55,708 bases of DNA from Bigelowiella natans CCMP2755 (taxonomy: Eukaryota; Protista; Cercozoa): NCBI GenBank assembly GCA_000320545.1, contig ADNK01000032.1, positions 1 through 55,708 on the forward strand. Direction: 5' to 3'. Position numbers and translations under genes: made by a program. The stretch's first letter is position 1; every line of letters begins with the position of its first letter. This document shows positions 12,064-26,520 of this stretch, one piece after another. Under the pieces are notes generated by a model. It was not told the origin of the DNA. It was given only the letters and a program-made list of their open reading frames with translations, and did not search any database.

Positions 12064-14364
12064 AAGGCAATATCGTTGCGTGTGATATTGTACGTATCGT
12101 TGCATGCGTGTTGAAGGCGTAAATGACTCGGTAACACTTTCTTAGTCGATATCCAATGGCATCCGCTTTGCGAATACACTCTGATGCCTGATGAGGTGGA
12201 CAAGTTCATTACTGCAATCAAGCAGAACTATCTGTTTGAAATGTTTATAGGTATAACGCATCATCACCCCTGATTCCAAACCTGCTCAACTAATCAATTT
12301 ATTATTTTGGGTCATCATCATCACTCAATCTGCAGATGGACTGCCAGTGAAGGGCTTTATCGGTGAGATGGATACCGCGCCACAGCGCTTCCAAAATGGC
12401 GAAGTGCGCAATGAAACCTCCTACTATCTCTTCACACACCTGGAGTTTTCTCTGGCCTATAACGGTGACAACGTGATCGCGGTGAACTTGACGACAGACG
12501 CACGGCAAAGACTCAAGTTGCAGGAAGGCAAGCCAGCACAGGTTGAGTTCTCGTACTCGGCCACCTGGAAGCCTACCGATGTGAAGTACATCAACCGAAT
12601 GTCACTATACGCTCAAGCCGCCCTTCACGATCAGTCCGTTGACATCCATTGGTTGTCGATTGTCAATTCCTTCGTCCTGGTCATCCTGCTCACGTCTTTC
12701 TTGGCCATTATCCTCATGCGCATCCTACGAAAAGACTTCGCTCGGTACATGGAAGATCCAGAGGACGCTGGTGATGACGAGGAGGTAGGCTGGAAGCGTA
12801 TTCATGGGGATGTGTTCCGGCCCCCACCCTACTTGATGCTATTCACGGCTATGATTGGCTCCGGAGCGCAGATCCTAACTTTGTCCTCCGGTCTGTTGGT
12901 CTTGGCGCTTGTTGGGATGTTTTATCCGGGAAATCGGGGTGCGTTGTATGTCGCAGCCATTGTTCTCTATGCCCTCACTGCGAGTGTCGCCGGTTACGTT
13001 TCCACGGATCTTTACGTTCAGCTGGGGGGTAAGCGCTGGGCAACAAACGCAGGTAATTTTATCACTGCAGAAATAATGTCTGCGCTTTCGTATTCCTATT
13101 ACTTTGCGTGCATATATGAGATGTGTGGCGAGATCATCACACCCTTCTCCTAACGTTGGCTCCTCCTCCTCCTCCTCCTCCTCCTCCTCCTCCTCCTTCT
13201 CCTCTTGTGTATTGAATGGACTCCATAGTGCTGGCGGCCGGTATCTTCACTTGCCCTTTCTTCTGCGTCTTTTCCGTTGTGAATATGGTGGCAATATACT
13301 ACGGTTCCACTTCGGCTCTGCCACTGAACATGGTGTTCATGATCATTGTACTCTTCGCTGTCGTCACGTTCCCTTTGAGCATATTGGGCTCTATGAGAGC
13401 AAAGAAGCAGGTACTGTGTAGTTTTTAAACCATCCATTCAATCATCGGATGACGATGATGGTGATGATGATGATCATCATCATATTGGAGTGGACTGCAG
13501 AAGTTTATTCTGAAACCTCATGTTTATCGTCCTCCTCCAGCTGTTGATGGTAGTCTTTTTCGTGTTGTTGAACAGGAGAATGAATTCAAGCCGCCGTGCT
13601 TGCCGAATGTGAAGCCACGCGAACTGCCTGAGATCCCATGGTATAGATCAGCGTTGTTCCAGATGCTGATGGCCGGTTTTCTTCCCTTCAGTGCTATCTA
13701 CATAGAGCTGCATTACATCTTCGCAAGGTGGAAAAAATTATCGATCGAAGTGATAGCATGTGCCCAAAATCATCGGTGTGCTTCATAGTAATACCGACTG
13801 GTGCTGTGTTTCGTATATATATGATCCTGGTAGTGTGTGGGGCCATCGCGTCTACACCCTCTTTGGAATCCTTACCCTGGCATTCATAATCCTGCTCATT
13901 GTGACTGGTAAGCGAGTTGTTATTTATATTCATTCGCTGCAAGCAACAACGGCGAGTTGACGCATTTGTTTTATCAATCCAATCAGCGTTCGTAACTGTC
14001 GCGCTGACTTACTTCCAAATCGCCATGGAGGACTATAGATGGTGGTGGAGATCGCTCCTGAGCGGTGGCTCGACTGGGGTCTTCGTATTCCTATACGCAG
14101 CGTTCTACTACAATCACAGATCGGAGATGAACGGCAGCCTCCAATTCATGTTTTTCTTCGGATATATGTTCCTGGTAATTATTTGCCTATACTATACTAT
14201 GCAACCCACCCGTGAGGGGCGCCATCGTTCACCCCAACTGATGGATGCGTACATACAAATTGTGACAGGTGTCGTACGGTTTCTTTCTGATGCTTGGCAC
14301 GGTTGGTTACTGGATGGCAAGTGTGTTCATCAGGCATATTTATGAGACGATAAAAATCGACTAA
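11398..14364 (+). CDS. TM9SF1: Transmembrane 9 superfamily / endomembrane protein 70 (TM9SF1-like)
   Basis: Signal peptide MTLEPRSTPPLLLPLLLLLSPAQA, then VNNVGPFHNPAETYEFYSLPYC, IHWLSIVNSFVLV, GWKRIHGDVFRPP, GFLPFSAIYIEL, EDYRWWWRS and a C-terminal IYETIKID* (KxD/E Golgi motif). Confidence 0.95.
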
Positions 14365-14399
14365 ATACGTATCACTTATCAACTCGTGGAATGAGCAAC

Positions 14400-14980
14400 A
14401 CCATTGCACGTGCAAAGGCCGACATAGTTCAACGGAATAGGCTCCAAAAAACTGATTGTCCTTGATACAAGCATCACCTAATATGTGTCATTGCGGCGTT
14501 TGCTGCATGTCTATCTACTACCAACTGTATCTACTTCTCATGTGACTCCTTGTATGCCTGCCTGCAAGCCTGGGCGCATCATTTGGCATTGCTCTGCTGT
14601 CGAGATTCGGCACTAGTCACCATCACGCTCGCGTGTGGCATGTATAATGTTCCCAGACCGTCATCTTCCTTATTACTGTGTACCGGACGAAAGAATTGTG
14701 CAAACAAAGTAGCGAGGTAGAAGCCAATGCTAAGGGACCGCTATGTATATGCATGCTAGCTAGCTATATGTACGTCGCATTCATTACCACTGCAATACGC
14801 GCCATAAGTGTACACATTTAACGTACGATACATCTTCTAGCTTGCCTTCTTGCTCTTCACCCAAAAATGTTCTGTCTGCGGCACAGCACATTGCTAGATT
14901 GCATTGTAATAAGACATACTTGTTCCGACTGTTGGTTGCTGTGCAGTGCTTCCCTACGCGTCGCTGCGCTTTGAAAACAT
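14400..14980. repeat. Weaker CTAG-enriched tract between convergent TM9SF and MFS 3' ends
   Basis: GCTAGCTAGCT at ~14755, plus further CTAG and CATG/TGCA words. TpA depletion is only partial. Confidence 0.4.
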
Positions 14981-15087
14981 GCTTTTATTAATCCCTATAT
15001 ATACCTACTTCGTGCGAAGGGTGGTATCATATATAATAATAAGTTGGGGACTTTTATTTTGTGAGCATATCCCCACTACGTATCCCA

Positions 15088-15797
15088 TTATCTTTCAGAT
15101 TCACTCGTCCTCGTAACGTAATCGCTTTCGAATGGAGGTACTGTATGTCCTGCCGTTGCCAGCAACCTACTTTGATCTACTCCAGATGCTAGGGGCTCAT
15201 TATCTTGCTCCCCCGGCTCCTCAGGATGTCGCGAGTCCTTCATCGAAATCTTTCACATACGTCAGTTGTCGCAACACATAGTAAACGAACACCAAGAAAG
15301 AAATTAGTGAATTCCAGAATGGCAGCGACAAGAAAGAAGACTCACGCTAAGGAAGCCATTTATAACATGGTTGTAGGAGACGCTAAGATCCCGAAGAGGG
15401 ATATCAACGAAGAAGCAACCCTAAATCATTGAATGGATGGAAGAAATTCAATCAATAGACAAGCGCATTGTTTTATGTTAGTCTCGACCATGCAGCACGA
15501 GAAGATCTTCTTGGTGACGAGGCAGACCACCCGAATGCAAAATACGGCAAAGATGCACATGGCCGCGTGCCTATACATCCACTTTGCCCCGTACTTTTGC
15601 ATGAAATAGCCGCCTACCACAGCACCCACGCCAACGCCGAAGCTGTAGTACGCAACGCGGAATATTGTCTGAGTAATAATACAACAAAATCAGGAGTGAG
15701 AATTGAACAGTAGTATGGGTGTGGAAGTGGGAGGTGGCTGTTGTCCTACACCATAAAGAAGTTAACGCACATATCAGACGAAGACAAATTAGCGACG

Positions 15798-15834
<37 letters not shown>

Positions 15835-16469
15835 CGTAAAGAACACACCATATTAATGTATTAAAAGTTGTATGCATGTACGTCGGATGAAGCACACTAT
15901 CTAGTCGCTCTTATCGCCAACTACCTGCACAGTCGCTCCCCATCCTTCTGGAGAGAGTTGACGTGCATACCTGGTAGCAAGATCTCGATGAGGTACTACC
16001 TCGATAGCATGCGTCCATGCACATTCACCAGATCTCATCACGTAGAAACATGTACACAGTCTCGTGGCTTATCCCCTCTGTTACTTGCATGGATGTTAAT
16101 TCCGAGCGTTTGCACCGGTCCATCAAATAATAAAGCGCAACCGCTTTTTGCAGTTTATCAGCATGCACACCAACATATTGTTTACTACTCGACAGATGAC
16201 GTCCATAATAGAGCGAAGGTCACCCCGTGAAGCAATTCCAGATATAGCACGTTGCTGGTGGTAGGAGGAAAATTAGGTTTAGTGTCCATGTCTTTTTCGT
16301 CGTCGGCATCGTCGGCATCATCGACTGATTCGCTCTAGATTTATTTCCCTTCAAAATGCAGATTTTCTCTCTCCTCCATCCTCAAAAAGGTTTGAAAACA
16401 ACGATTACAAGCAACCAGCAGAGAAGATTGAGCCTCAGCGGAGATGCAAAGAAATAACTACACACGATC

Positions 16470-16512
<43 letters not shown>

Positions 16513-16764
16513 TGTGTGTGTGTGTGTGTGTGTGTGCTTTTTTGTTTGTTTGTTTGTGCGGAGAAAAGACGGAACTGCACGGTCGATGGCGTCAGCATTG
16601 CATATCTGCGGTAGATAGGTAGGAGCAGCAATTTCAACGCAACTCTGTAAGTTTTGAATGATTCATCGATGCGAACAGCATTCAAATGGTTCGTCGTACC
16701 CCCATGTGCGGGTGAAGTAGCACAACTGTGCTATTGCCAGGCACGAATCCCTTTATATAGTTTA

Positions 16765-16804
<40 letters not shown>

Positions 16805-17253
16805 GTGTGTGTGTGTGTGTATCATTCAGTCTTGCAGGAACGTGAGAGATGTGGAACGAGAGAGTATATAGCCGTAGCTGAAGATTAAAAAAACTATGAT
16901 ATTATAAAAGGGGGTGGGGATCGCCTTTCGTAACGAAAGGCTCGGTTCTTTTACCGGCCGAAAAACCCAATGATTTCACGATAATACCTTGTTTGTCCCA
17001 AAAAACATATCGTTAGAATCAGAAGAGGCGTGTATGCGTGTATGCGTGTGTGTCTATTTGGACTGTATACACGGCAGACGTACCAAAAGATTGGGAGCTC
17101 AATTATGACGTTCATCGCCACACACTGCCCTACGACAATAGATATGATGGGGGGTGTCACGAGCAGTAAGGCACTGCTACTGAGTGCTAAAAATTAAGGA
17201 TGATGTGTACTTATTCTCGAGGACCACGATAAGTTGACCACGTATATAGGAGG

Positions 17254-17294
<41 letters not shown>

Positions 17295-17456
17295 GCATGC
17301 GTGCGTGCCGTAGGAATATTTGAAGTATAAATATAGCCGCGGTTGAGCTCACCACAGAGCGCTGCCGAAGCTCCAAGCTCATTTTGCAAGTAAATAAAGA
17401 GAAGCCGCTCGACGCAACCAATTGCCATACCTTTACAACACACACCCACACCCACA

Positions 17457-17510
<54 letters not shown>

Positions 17511-17741
17511 ACATAAGGAACACCATAGATTAAACAGAGAAGAAAGAACGAGAGATGTAACGAGAGGGTCATTATTTCATTCGTTAGACAACGTGTCCTT
17601 CTTTTTATGACGAAGAAGAACATCGTACCGAAGATGATGAGCTCGATGAGGAATATGAATACTGCCCACCGCACCAAAGACCCTAGAGGGGGGGGGAGGA
17701 GAGATCATAGCGCGTACAAAAAAAAAAGCAACAAAGGGTAC

Positions 17742-17781
<40 letters not shown>

Positions 17782-18911
17782 ACATATTTTTTTACTATAA
17801 ATATATACATATATTTGTGTGTGTTTGGTAGAGCTTCTCCCTCCCTCAATGTCTATTTTCACTGTCAATCGAGCTTTCTGTCTACGATCCTAACCATACC
17901 ACCAACCCACCCCCCTTTTCTACGAATGTACCTCTAAGATCCGCATATCTTGGCGACCTTCCAGAATTAGACTATTGGCGCAAGATAGCATTATCATCAC
18001 CATCATTATCAGTCTCGTGTTAAATCGTCGTCATCGTTGGGACTTCTTCGAAGAAGCACCATTATGCTACGTCATTCACCCATTTACTCACCCCACAATC
18101 ACAACCATTGTATCTAAAGGGATTTTGAGTAATCAGCACACATGATGAGAGTGAAAATTACCATTACAGCCTCTGCCGACGTTTGCGCAGGGATCTTATG
18201 CCTTCAAAGGGAATGTGGATGTGACAGAAAACATTCAATAAATGACATCGTACGTAATGCGAACATGGAGGAGAAACCAAATCGATTCAATGTTGTTGTT
18301 GTTGATGATGATGATCATGATGATGAGGCGATGGACAAAGAGGAAAGACAGGATCGCACAATTTCGAGAGGAGTGAGTGAAGGAGAAAGAAAGAGACGGG
18401 GGGGGGGGGGGGGGAATCAAAAAATGGGAGGATGACAGGAATAAGTCGTAATGAACATTCAATTACCAAACGACAATTATTTGGATGAACGAAAATACTC
18501 CATAAATGACAAAGTTCCAAGAGAACCTGAATCGACCAGAAACACAGGAAGAAGATCAGAAATGATGATGATGATGATGATGCTCCTGCTGCTGCGTTGT
18601 CTTACACATTTCCGAGAACGAATGAATTCGCCCAAAGGCAGCATAATCATCAAGCTACGGCAGCTAATACTCACCCAAATTTATCGTTGACATAGCCCAT
18701 CGCCATGGAACCTTGCCAATACAAATAACGAACAAGATCAACGCACATGTATTGTTATCAGAGCAATGGTAACATAGCAATGGAAAACATAATCCAGCAG
18801 CCATAAATAGCACTGCTATTCACCTAATCCCCAGGAGACTGAGAGCCATAAGCGCATTCGAGACCACACCTGCTTTCCTCTCTGGGAGCACGATGCGATT
18901 GACAAATACGT

Positions 18912-18945
<34 letters not shown>

Positions 18946-19376
18946 ATGTATTGGGACACATCACAATGTTTACAGAATCTTCATTTCTAAATCTTGACGA
19001 TGACCGAACATCTTCATTGTACCTCGTCGCATCATGCAACTATCAACACCAAAATACAGATTACATGCTTATTCTCTCGCCCGCTTCTCTTCATTCGACA
19101 CCAAAAATCGTATTGTTCTATGTTATATTCTGATGAATTTAGAATTCGGTTACCTCCTTTCCCACCTCCTCGGCTACGTCTAATGCATAAGCATCGAAAA
19201 CGCTCTAACAATATATATGGCCCCAAACAAAAATTTTAAATTGTGTAATTAAATCGAAATGATTATGATTGCGTTTCATTTATATGCGCCAATTACATAA
19301 GCGTCCTTCTCATCTACAGTAGTGATGGTATGTGCACGATGTTCCCATTATTTTCCCAATACGATTACGACTTTCA

Positions 19377-19422
<46 letters not shown>

Positions 19423-19560
19423 TTTCTCTCTTTCTCCAAATCATCCACACTTCCACACTTTCAAATCTAATATATAAAATCTGATTACGTACATCGCATA
19501 CAAAAGCATTCATCAACAGAGAAATTGCCAGAATATTCACAAATCCAGACGCAACCTATA

Positions 19561-19598
<38 letters not shown>

Positions 19599-19694
19599 TT
19601 ATATATACATATTTTTATAGTTGCCCTCTTCTTTCTGATTTGCTTCCTATCTTCTCTCCCCCTCTCTATCTGTTTGTGTCTATGTGTGTGTGTG

Positions 19695-19735
<41 letters not shown>

Positions 19736-19746
19736 AGAGAGAGAGA

Positions 19747-19793
<47 letters not shown>

Positions 19794-20636
19794 GGAGGGA
19801 GAGGAGGTATGTTGTGCTCTTAATGGTCGTAAATAACCGGTGTTCCGAGTAAGCAAAGCAGGACTGTACTAATTATTTGAGTCGCCATCCAGACTCTCTT
19901 CTTCTTGTGCATGATGTCAGCTATAACTCCCCACAACGGCTGACAGATCGCCTTAACTAGAGGCATTAGCCCTTCGATGATTCCTGGAAGAAGTTTTAAT
20001 TAAGGGGAGCAACCTCATTACTATTTATGCGACAGTGAAAAATGTTATTGTCCATGGCCTCCTTATTTTCGTCGTCGTTGTTATTTCTCACCAATCTGCA
20101 GAGGACCGAGCCCTTTCCAATTATAATAAATGGCGGCGAACCGACCCCAAGTGGAGGCGCTAAGATAAGAATGCAGCAAGAACCGATGTTTTCTTCAACT
20201 ATGGTGCTCAATATTCGAAAACCCCAGCAAGTTACCTGACACCTATCAGGAAATAGAAGGCACTGCAGAATAGCACTCGGAGACCCCATTCCTGTCAGCA
20301 CCACACACCTCCGTTGTCATGTCATGAAAGCTCCTCTCGCGGAAGAAGAGCCAAGTGAATCTCGTGATACTACCTGCAAATCTACAGGAGAGCGGTCTTT
20401 TGAATCCGGGGCTGCAAGCCCTGCCATGGTCAGCGATGTATCATCTTTGCTCAAAGACTTGAAATCCTGCTGACACGCACCCATCCGAGAAACTCATCAA
20501 ACCACGCATGCGAGTACAGATCCCCATTAATTTTTGTTGCCCTTACATCATATGTCGCCTCTGTTCGTTGTCCATCAGGTTGATCGCGACCGTCGGACAA
20601 GAGTGGTGCTCGTGGGGCGCATGTATCCTCCGACAT
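15088..20636 (-). CDS. Major facilitator superfamily transporter (MFSD6 / MFS_1-like), many short exons; start approximate
   Basis: Spliced exons read AFYFLIGVSASTWGRFAAIYYNWKGLGPLQIG, IIEGLMPLVKAICQPLWGVIADIMHKKK, VWSRMRLWLSVSWGLG, GCVERLLFIYLQNELGAS, VIIELPIFW and GAVVGGYFMQKYG. Stop TAA at 15088-15090. Confidence 0.85.
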
Positions 20637-21159
20637 GCAAAAACTGATCGCTAGAGCGATGCCCCCCCCACCACTCACAATTCGGAAAACATAATAATGA
20701 TTCAGAATACGAGGATTTTAATGGAAAGACAACGAAAATCCAAAAAAAACACCAGGAATCGCCGCTTTTCTTCTGATCCTCCTCAATGTTCCTTCTGTTC
20801 CGATGGGTGACGTGACGAACATGATATTATCTATGAGTACTTACCTCTTCTGATGCGACCCTTTCCATTGCACCTTGGAAACACTTCATTTTATGCATTC
20901 TTTCATTCATGCATTCATGGCATTATCGCCTTTTACTCTCCTTTCGACACCGACACACTCGGAAAGGTTTTCCCTGAGAAACGGGGGGGCGTATTCTCGG
21001 GAGTCATGGTAACCTGCTGCTCGATTTATGGCTTGGATGGTACAGTATGTCCTTCTCTACGACTAATATGATATCTTTCACCTAAGTGTTGCGAAAAAAA
21101 TGCATTATGGAGCTTGAATCATCACCGAAACGACCGTTCCGATATGATTGGGAAACTTG

Positions 21160-21610
21160 CTAGCATACTAGCATATAGCGTTGAAGTATGACTAGACTGG
21201 GTCCCTTATGATCCTGGAACGCGATGGATTAAAACATGCTTTTTTAGAAATCGAAATAATAACGGGGGAATCAAATAGGCTACCACGCACTCTTCCATAT
21301 AAGGTAGCTTTCTTATGCTCTACTAGATCTCAATCAATTGTAGTCCAAAGTCGCTCCGCATCCCATGCTAGCTAGCTAGCATGCGACACCTTGTTGGGAC
21401 ATTGAATTTCACGTGTGCGAATACATAGCAACCCCTGCGCTATATCCAGCAATATGATGCGAGCTGCTGGTGTCATTCGTCTGACGTTAGCATAGGCTGA
21501 CCTATCGGCGTATGTGCGCTGCATATATGTCTCGCTAGCTCGCTCTGATCTGCCTCGATGCGTGCGAATACATAAATAAACATTAAAAGGATGCGACATA
21601 CCTAGATTCA
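21160..21610. repeat. CTAG-enriched tract downstream of the FKBP 3' end
   Basis: CATGCTAGCTAGCTAGCATG palindrome at ~21364-21383, plus several other CTAG. Confidence 0.45.
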
Positions 21611-21870
21611 ATACAAATGAGAATCAGCTCCTGGGTATTGTTGTTGCGTTGCAATCAAATATCTTCGCTCTAAGATGGCTGAGATGAATGCATGGCGTAT
21701 TTTCTACGGATTTTCTGGACAGTATCATTCATGATCTCCCTATGGCATCAGGTATCCATTTATGGTATTTTTGATAATCATCCCTCCTATTCCTCTGTTC
21801 CTGTGCTTAAAAAGGCGCAGATCTAAATTGAAGCATGAAGCCCGTATTATCTCGTTCTAAGAAAGTATGC

Positions 21871-21906
21871 TTATTGGCTACTTTCTGTTTCATAAGCTCA
21901 TACCTA

Positions 21907-21945
<39 letters not shown>

Positions 21946-23140
21946 GTAAAATATATATTCATACATATGTTTGTGTGTGTGTGTGTGTGTATAAAATGAA
22001 AAATATTATTATCATAATTTTACGAACAAATATAGTATATCATTGATTCATCTTTATTTAGCTCTCAAGCCGCACTTGTCTGGGAGTATGATCTCGTCAC
22101 CAATGTGAAGTAGTTCCATCTCAAACTCCTAAGCAAGACATCGCGCATTTAGGACAGAACATTACTGTAGAACGAACCATCTGATAGATGGATATAAGTA
22201 TTTACAAGGTCACAATTTGGTGGGATTCCCCATTTTGGATTTCCCTTCAGGCCATAGGCATAAGTTCCAGTGACCACGATTCTGAAGAGAACCATTGTAA
22301 GATGCCGTATTGTACAAACGTGATATCATAGTGGGCGAAAACTTACTTCGCAGTTTCCCCGAGTCGCATTGCTTGCACACCCGCGTCCCATCCTTTTATT
22401 ACCTTCCCAGTACCCACCTGAAACATCCTAGTTACATCTCCAATGTAGTTATCAAAAAGGTTTCGTACCCTGAACTTGTAAGGCTTCACTTTGTGCCCCT
22501 CGCCCTTTTTCTCTCGTGTATTCCAAAATTTCTTCCTCGATTTCTATAGGACGTCGATAATCATCATCATTCCGATTTAGTTTTAGTAATTTCTGAACAT
22601 GTAACCATACCATCATGGTTCCAACACAATGCAACGCGACTTCCTGACCCTTTTCCGGCTTACGTCCTGTACCTGTATGTTAATTATAAGTTGATAAGGA
22701 CTAGATTGTCGATATTACACAGCAGACATCACCAAATTTTAAGATGGTCTTCTCGCAGACACCATTGCCATCCTGTGCGATTAGACGTGGGACTCCAATC
22801 TTGTCGTTTTTGAAGTCTGAGTTATGATTGTAATGTAAAGAACGTGATGAAGAATTGAAACAATGCAAATTACCTTCAGCATTCCAATGTTGCTCCTTAT
22901 GCTCAGGTTTTTCCTTTTTCCTATCCTTCTTTTTCTATTTTTTGTGGTAATTTTCATGAGTCACACGTCTGGAGAATAGGAGATAGTATGACCTTCTTCT
23001 TTTTCTTTTTCCTGTCTTTTTTCTTGTCCTTTTTCTTTTTCTGGTAGATAAGAAATTTCAGATTGAAAGATAATAGAGCTGAGTCCTTACAATCATAACC
23101 TTCTTATCCTTCTTTTCCTTTTTCTTCTGCAAAGATAAAG

Positions 23141-23193
<53 letters not shown>

Positions 23194-23384
23194 ATATAAT
23201 GCTGGAAAAGTGAAACACACCACGTACCTTATGCTTCTTTACTCTCTCTTCGCTAGAGTCTGAGTCAGAGCCACTGGAATCATCGGTGTCATCTTCTTCT
23301 TCCCTTTTAAAGTGATTTGTATATGTGTTGTGATTGGACTTGGTTTCAATATTTACAAAACCTCTTTCTTTTTTTAGCTGGCAT
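21871..23384 (-). CDS. FKBP-type peptidyl-prolyl isomerase with acidic and lysine-rich N-terminus
   Basis: Spliced translation: MPAKKRKR-EEEDDTDDSSGSDSDSSEE-(K/D/E-rich micro-exons)...KTILKFGTGRKPEKGQEVALHCVG...FRVGTGKVIKGWDAGVQAMRLGETAK...YAYGLKGNPKWGIPPNCDLEFEMELL...KYELMKQKSSQ*. Confidence 0.9.
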
Positions 23385-24533
23385 CGTTCAGCGCAATCCT
23401 AATGAAACCAAATTCATGTAGTAAGCGCCTCTCTTGTCCTTTTTACATCGCCAGTGCTCTATACTCACACGACCGCCAACTTTAAATACAGTTGAGAATT
23501 CCCAAATTCCCAAAGGCATCTTAAAATATTTTACTTTCAAAAATTCTCATACCAGCAACCTGTGGAACTCATTACACATAACCGTACCTGCAGGAGATGA
23601 AAGGAGAAAAGGAGGGAGACCGCTCTGTGAGCTATGATTCATTTTACATCTACGACGTGATTTTCAGGTTGTCGCACATATAAGTTATAAACAGGGATTT
23701 GTCTTATACTTTGTCGCACAACTCTATTCGGCGCGAGCCGTCTTCATTTCCCTCTCCCATCAATAGTTCTAGTGTTTTTTTTTACGGCATTCCATGGTGT
23801 ATAAATAGCTCCACAAAAAAACTCTGCTATGAGCAGGATGTATATGAGGTAAAAGTCTATTGAGAATATTTAGAAGTTTTAGTGATTAAAAAATAGCCTA
23901 ATCACATCGCCTTCCTTATGCATGATTTAGGGCGTTACTTGCATAGACGAGATGGAACAGCGTTTATTTATTTGAGAATTGAGTGATCAATATGTCGTCG
24001 CAGCAAAGAATTGGGATCTGTTTTCCAAGAACTTCATCCAAGTAACTGGCCAATTCGATAGGGGTCAACCATCATATCAGCAGTCATTGGTTTCTTGCTC
24101 CAACCACGCTCTAAACCCCTCGTTGCATCGAGACACCCGTCAATACTTCTGGGAAGGTAGGGCATCGGTCACAAATTGAATCCCATTCGTGGGAACGAAT
24201 TATCAAGGGGGAATAACCAGATATGCAGGGTTAAAATTCGGTATTTCTGGATGGCTTACTTCTTGCATTCGCAACTATGCAGATACGATACACTTTGGAA
24301 GTGATGGGAACTTCACGCTTGTGAGACACACCAGGCATCATTCACTGGCTGGAAATTCCGGGTTTGGTCTCAACAACCTTGTACTTAATTCCTGCGGAAG
24401 TAGAAACATGTACTTGCGACAACTAATCGTAATTACGAGAGCTAATCGTATTGTTGATAATTATCATCTGTAGGCGGGACAAGAAGCTGGGAGCCAGCCT
24501 GTTGTGATCCTAGTTGGCTAGACTTTATCCACC

Positions 24534-25156
24534 ATGACCAAAAATCGCTCCCGGTCAAACAAGTCCATTTCGACGAATAACTCAGTCTCTTTGAGTTCAC
24601 ACATTGGCAGCACTGCTACAGAGATGATGTTTGTGAACGGTCGTCAGCTACCACCTGGCCATTTGGTGTTATCGCACAATGGAACGTTCTATCAAACTTG
24701 GTGGTACATAGTGGCGTTGTCGGCCGTTACAACAGGAATATTCACACCTCTGGCCCTCGCTTTCTATCCGCACATCCGTTATGCGGAGATACCGCTTGAT
24801 TGTGTGTTCTACGTGGATATTATTCTTACTTTCTTCGTCAGCATACAGCTTCACGGTAAAAAAACATCCCTCAACTTAGCTTTAAGTTTTCTTTGCATTC
24901 ATCAGGCGCGTTTTAGGGAGTCATGCTTGTTTTCCCTAAGAAATCGAAAGCTAAATACCCCGTTATTTTTTATCAGGCTGGACCATAACCAACAACAATG
25001 CAATAGCACTGGAATATCTGTCGTTTTGGTTTTGGTTTGATCTTCTGGCTGTGATACCCTTTGAATTTATGGTTCCAGAAGATTCACACGCCTCATTTCT
25101 CCGCTTGTTCCGTCTGATTCGGTAGCTAATGTCTATGAACATATGATCGAGCCACC

Positions 25157-25210
<54 letters not shown>

Positions 25211-25213
25211 CAG

Positions 25214-25255
<42 letters not shown>

Positions 25256-26483
25256 GCGTGTGTGTGTGTCTGTATGTGTATGTGAATGTGTAATGTCTGT
25301 CTGAAGGCTCGCATTTCTGCAATACACAGGTTGAGGAGGCTGTTTCCCCTATTCACCAAAGCTGAAAAGAACCAATTTTGCAACTTCACTCTGATCTCAG
25401 TGTCGAAATATTTCACTATGGCTTTCTACTATGGGCACGTCTCCGCCTGCATTTTTTTCGAGTGAGTGTTGTTTGATCAAATGGTTCGATGCGAAAGAAC
25501 AATTAGCTTAGAGGCATGAATCTTCCGGTAGAGTAAGCTGCCCAGATCCCATGTTGAGATTGTGGTTTACCTCCTATGCATCATCAGGCTCGCACGTATT
25601 GATGATTTTCGAAGTTCCACCTGGGTATCGATCTGCTCTCCTGGGCTCCAGAATAGGCCAGTAAGCGTCCAGTACTTGACCTCCATTTACTGGGCGTTTA
25701 CAACCCTAACTACCGTCGGTTACGGTGACATCTCGCCTCAAGCGGACTCAGAGAGAGTGTGGGGTACGATTTACATGGTCATCAATCTTGGGCTGAATGC
25801 TTACATTCTTGGTAATATGACTGCGTTGGCCTCGAAGCCTGACTCTGAGACGCACCAGTTCAGACAGCAGCTCGATGATGTCTCCGTCTTCATGAAGCAG
25901 AACAACATCCCCATCGCTCTGCGGGCACAGGTGATCCAGTTCATGCAATTGCAGTATAAGATGAAGACGACAAAGGGGAATGAGATGGTAAACAACCTCC
26001 CTTCTGCGATCAAGATGCCTATCAAAAAGCATCAGTACAAAGAGATCCTGGAGGGAATCGATATCTTCCGTGGCGTATCTAAGCCGTTTCTCGACATGTT
26101 AATGGCGAACGTGGAAGAGGAGATCTTCATGGAGGGCATGCACATTATTAACAACGGGGACCTTGGTTCCTCATTTTATATCATCACCGAAGGCGAGTGC
26201 GGTTTTATGGTTTCACCTTTGGCGCATGGCCAAGTTAAGATGGATATCGGAGAGGTGAATCTTTCTGTCTGAAACTTGCCTAATTGCCGCGACGTCGATT
26301 GTTAGTAATAACTTTCTTATCGTTCTTAAATAGACGAAATGTGCTACTATTGAGCCCGGCTCTCACTTCGGGGCTGAGGGATACTTCGCATCTTGCAACC
26401 AAGCGTTTTCGGTCAAGGAAAACCTTATCTCCTCAATACATAATATCCTGAATTTTATATCACCGGAAGCGTAGCTACAATGG

Positions 26484-26520
<37 letters not shown>

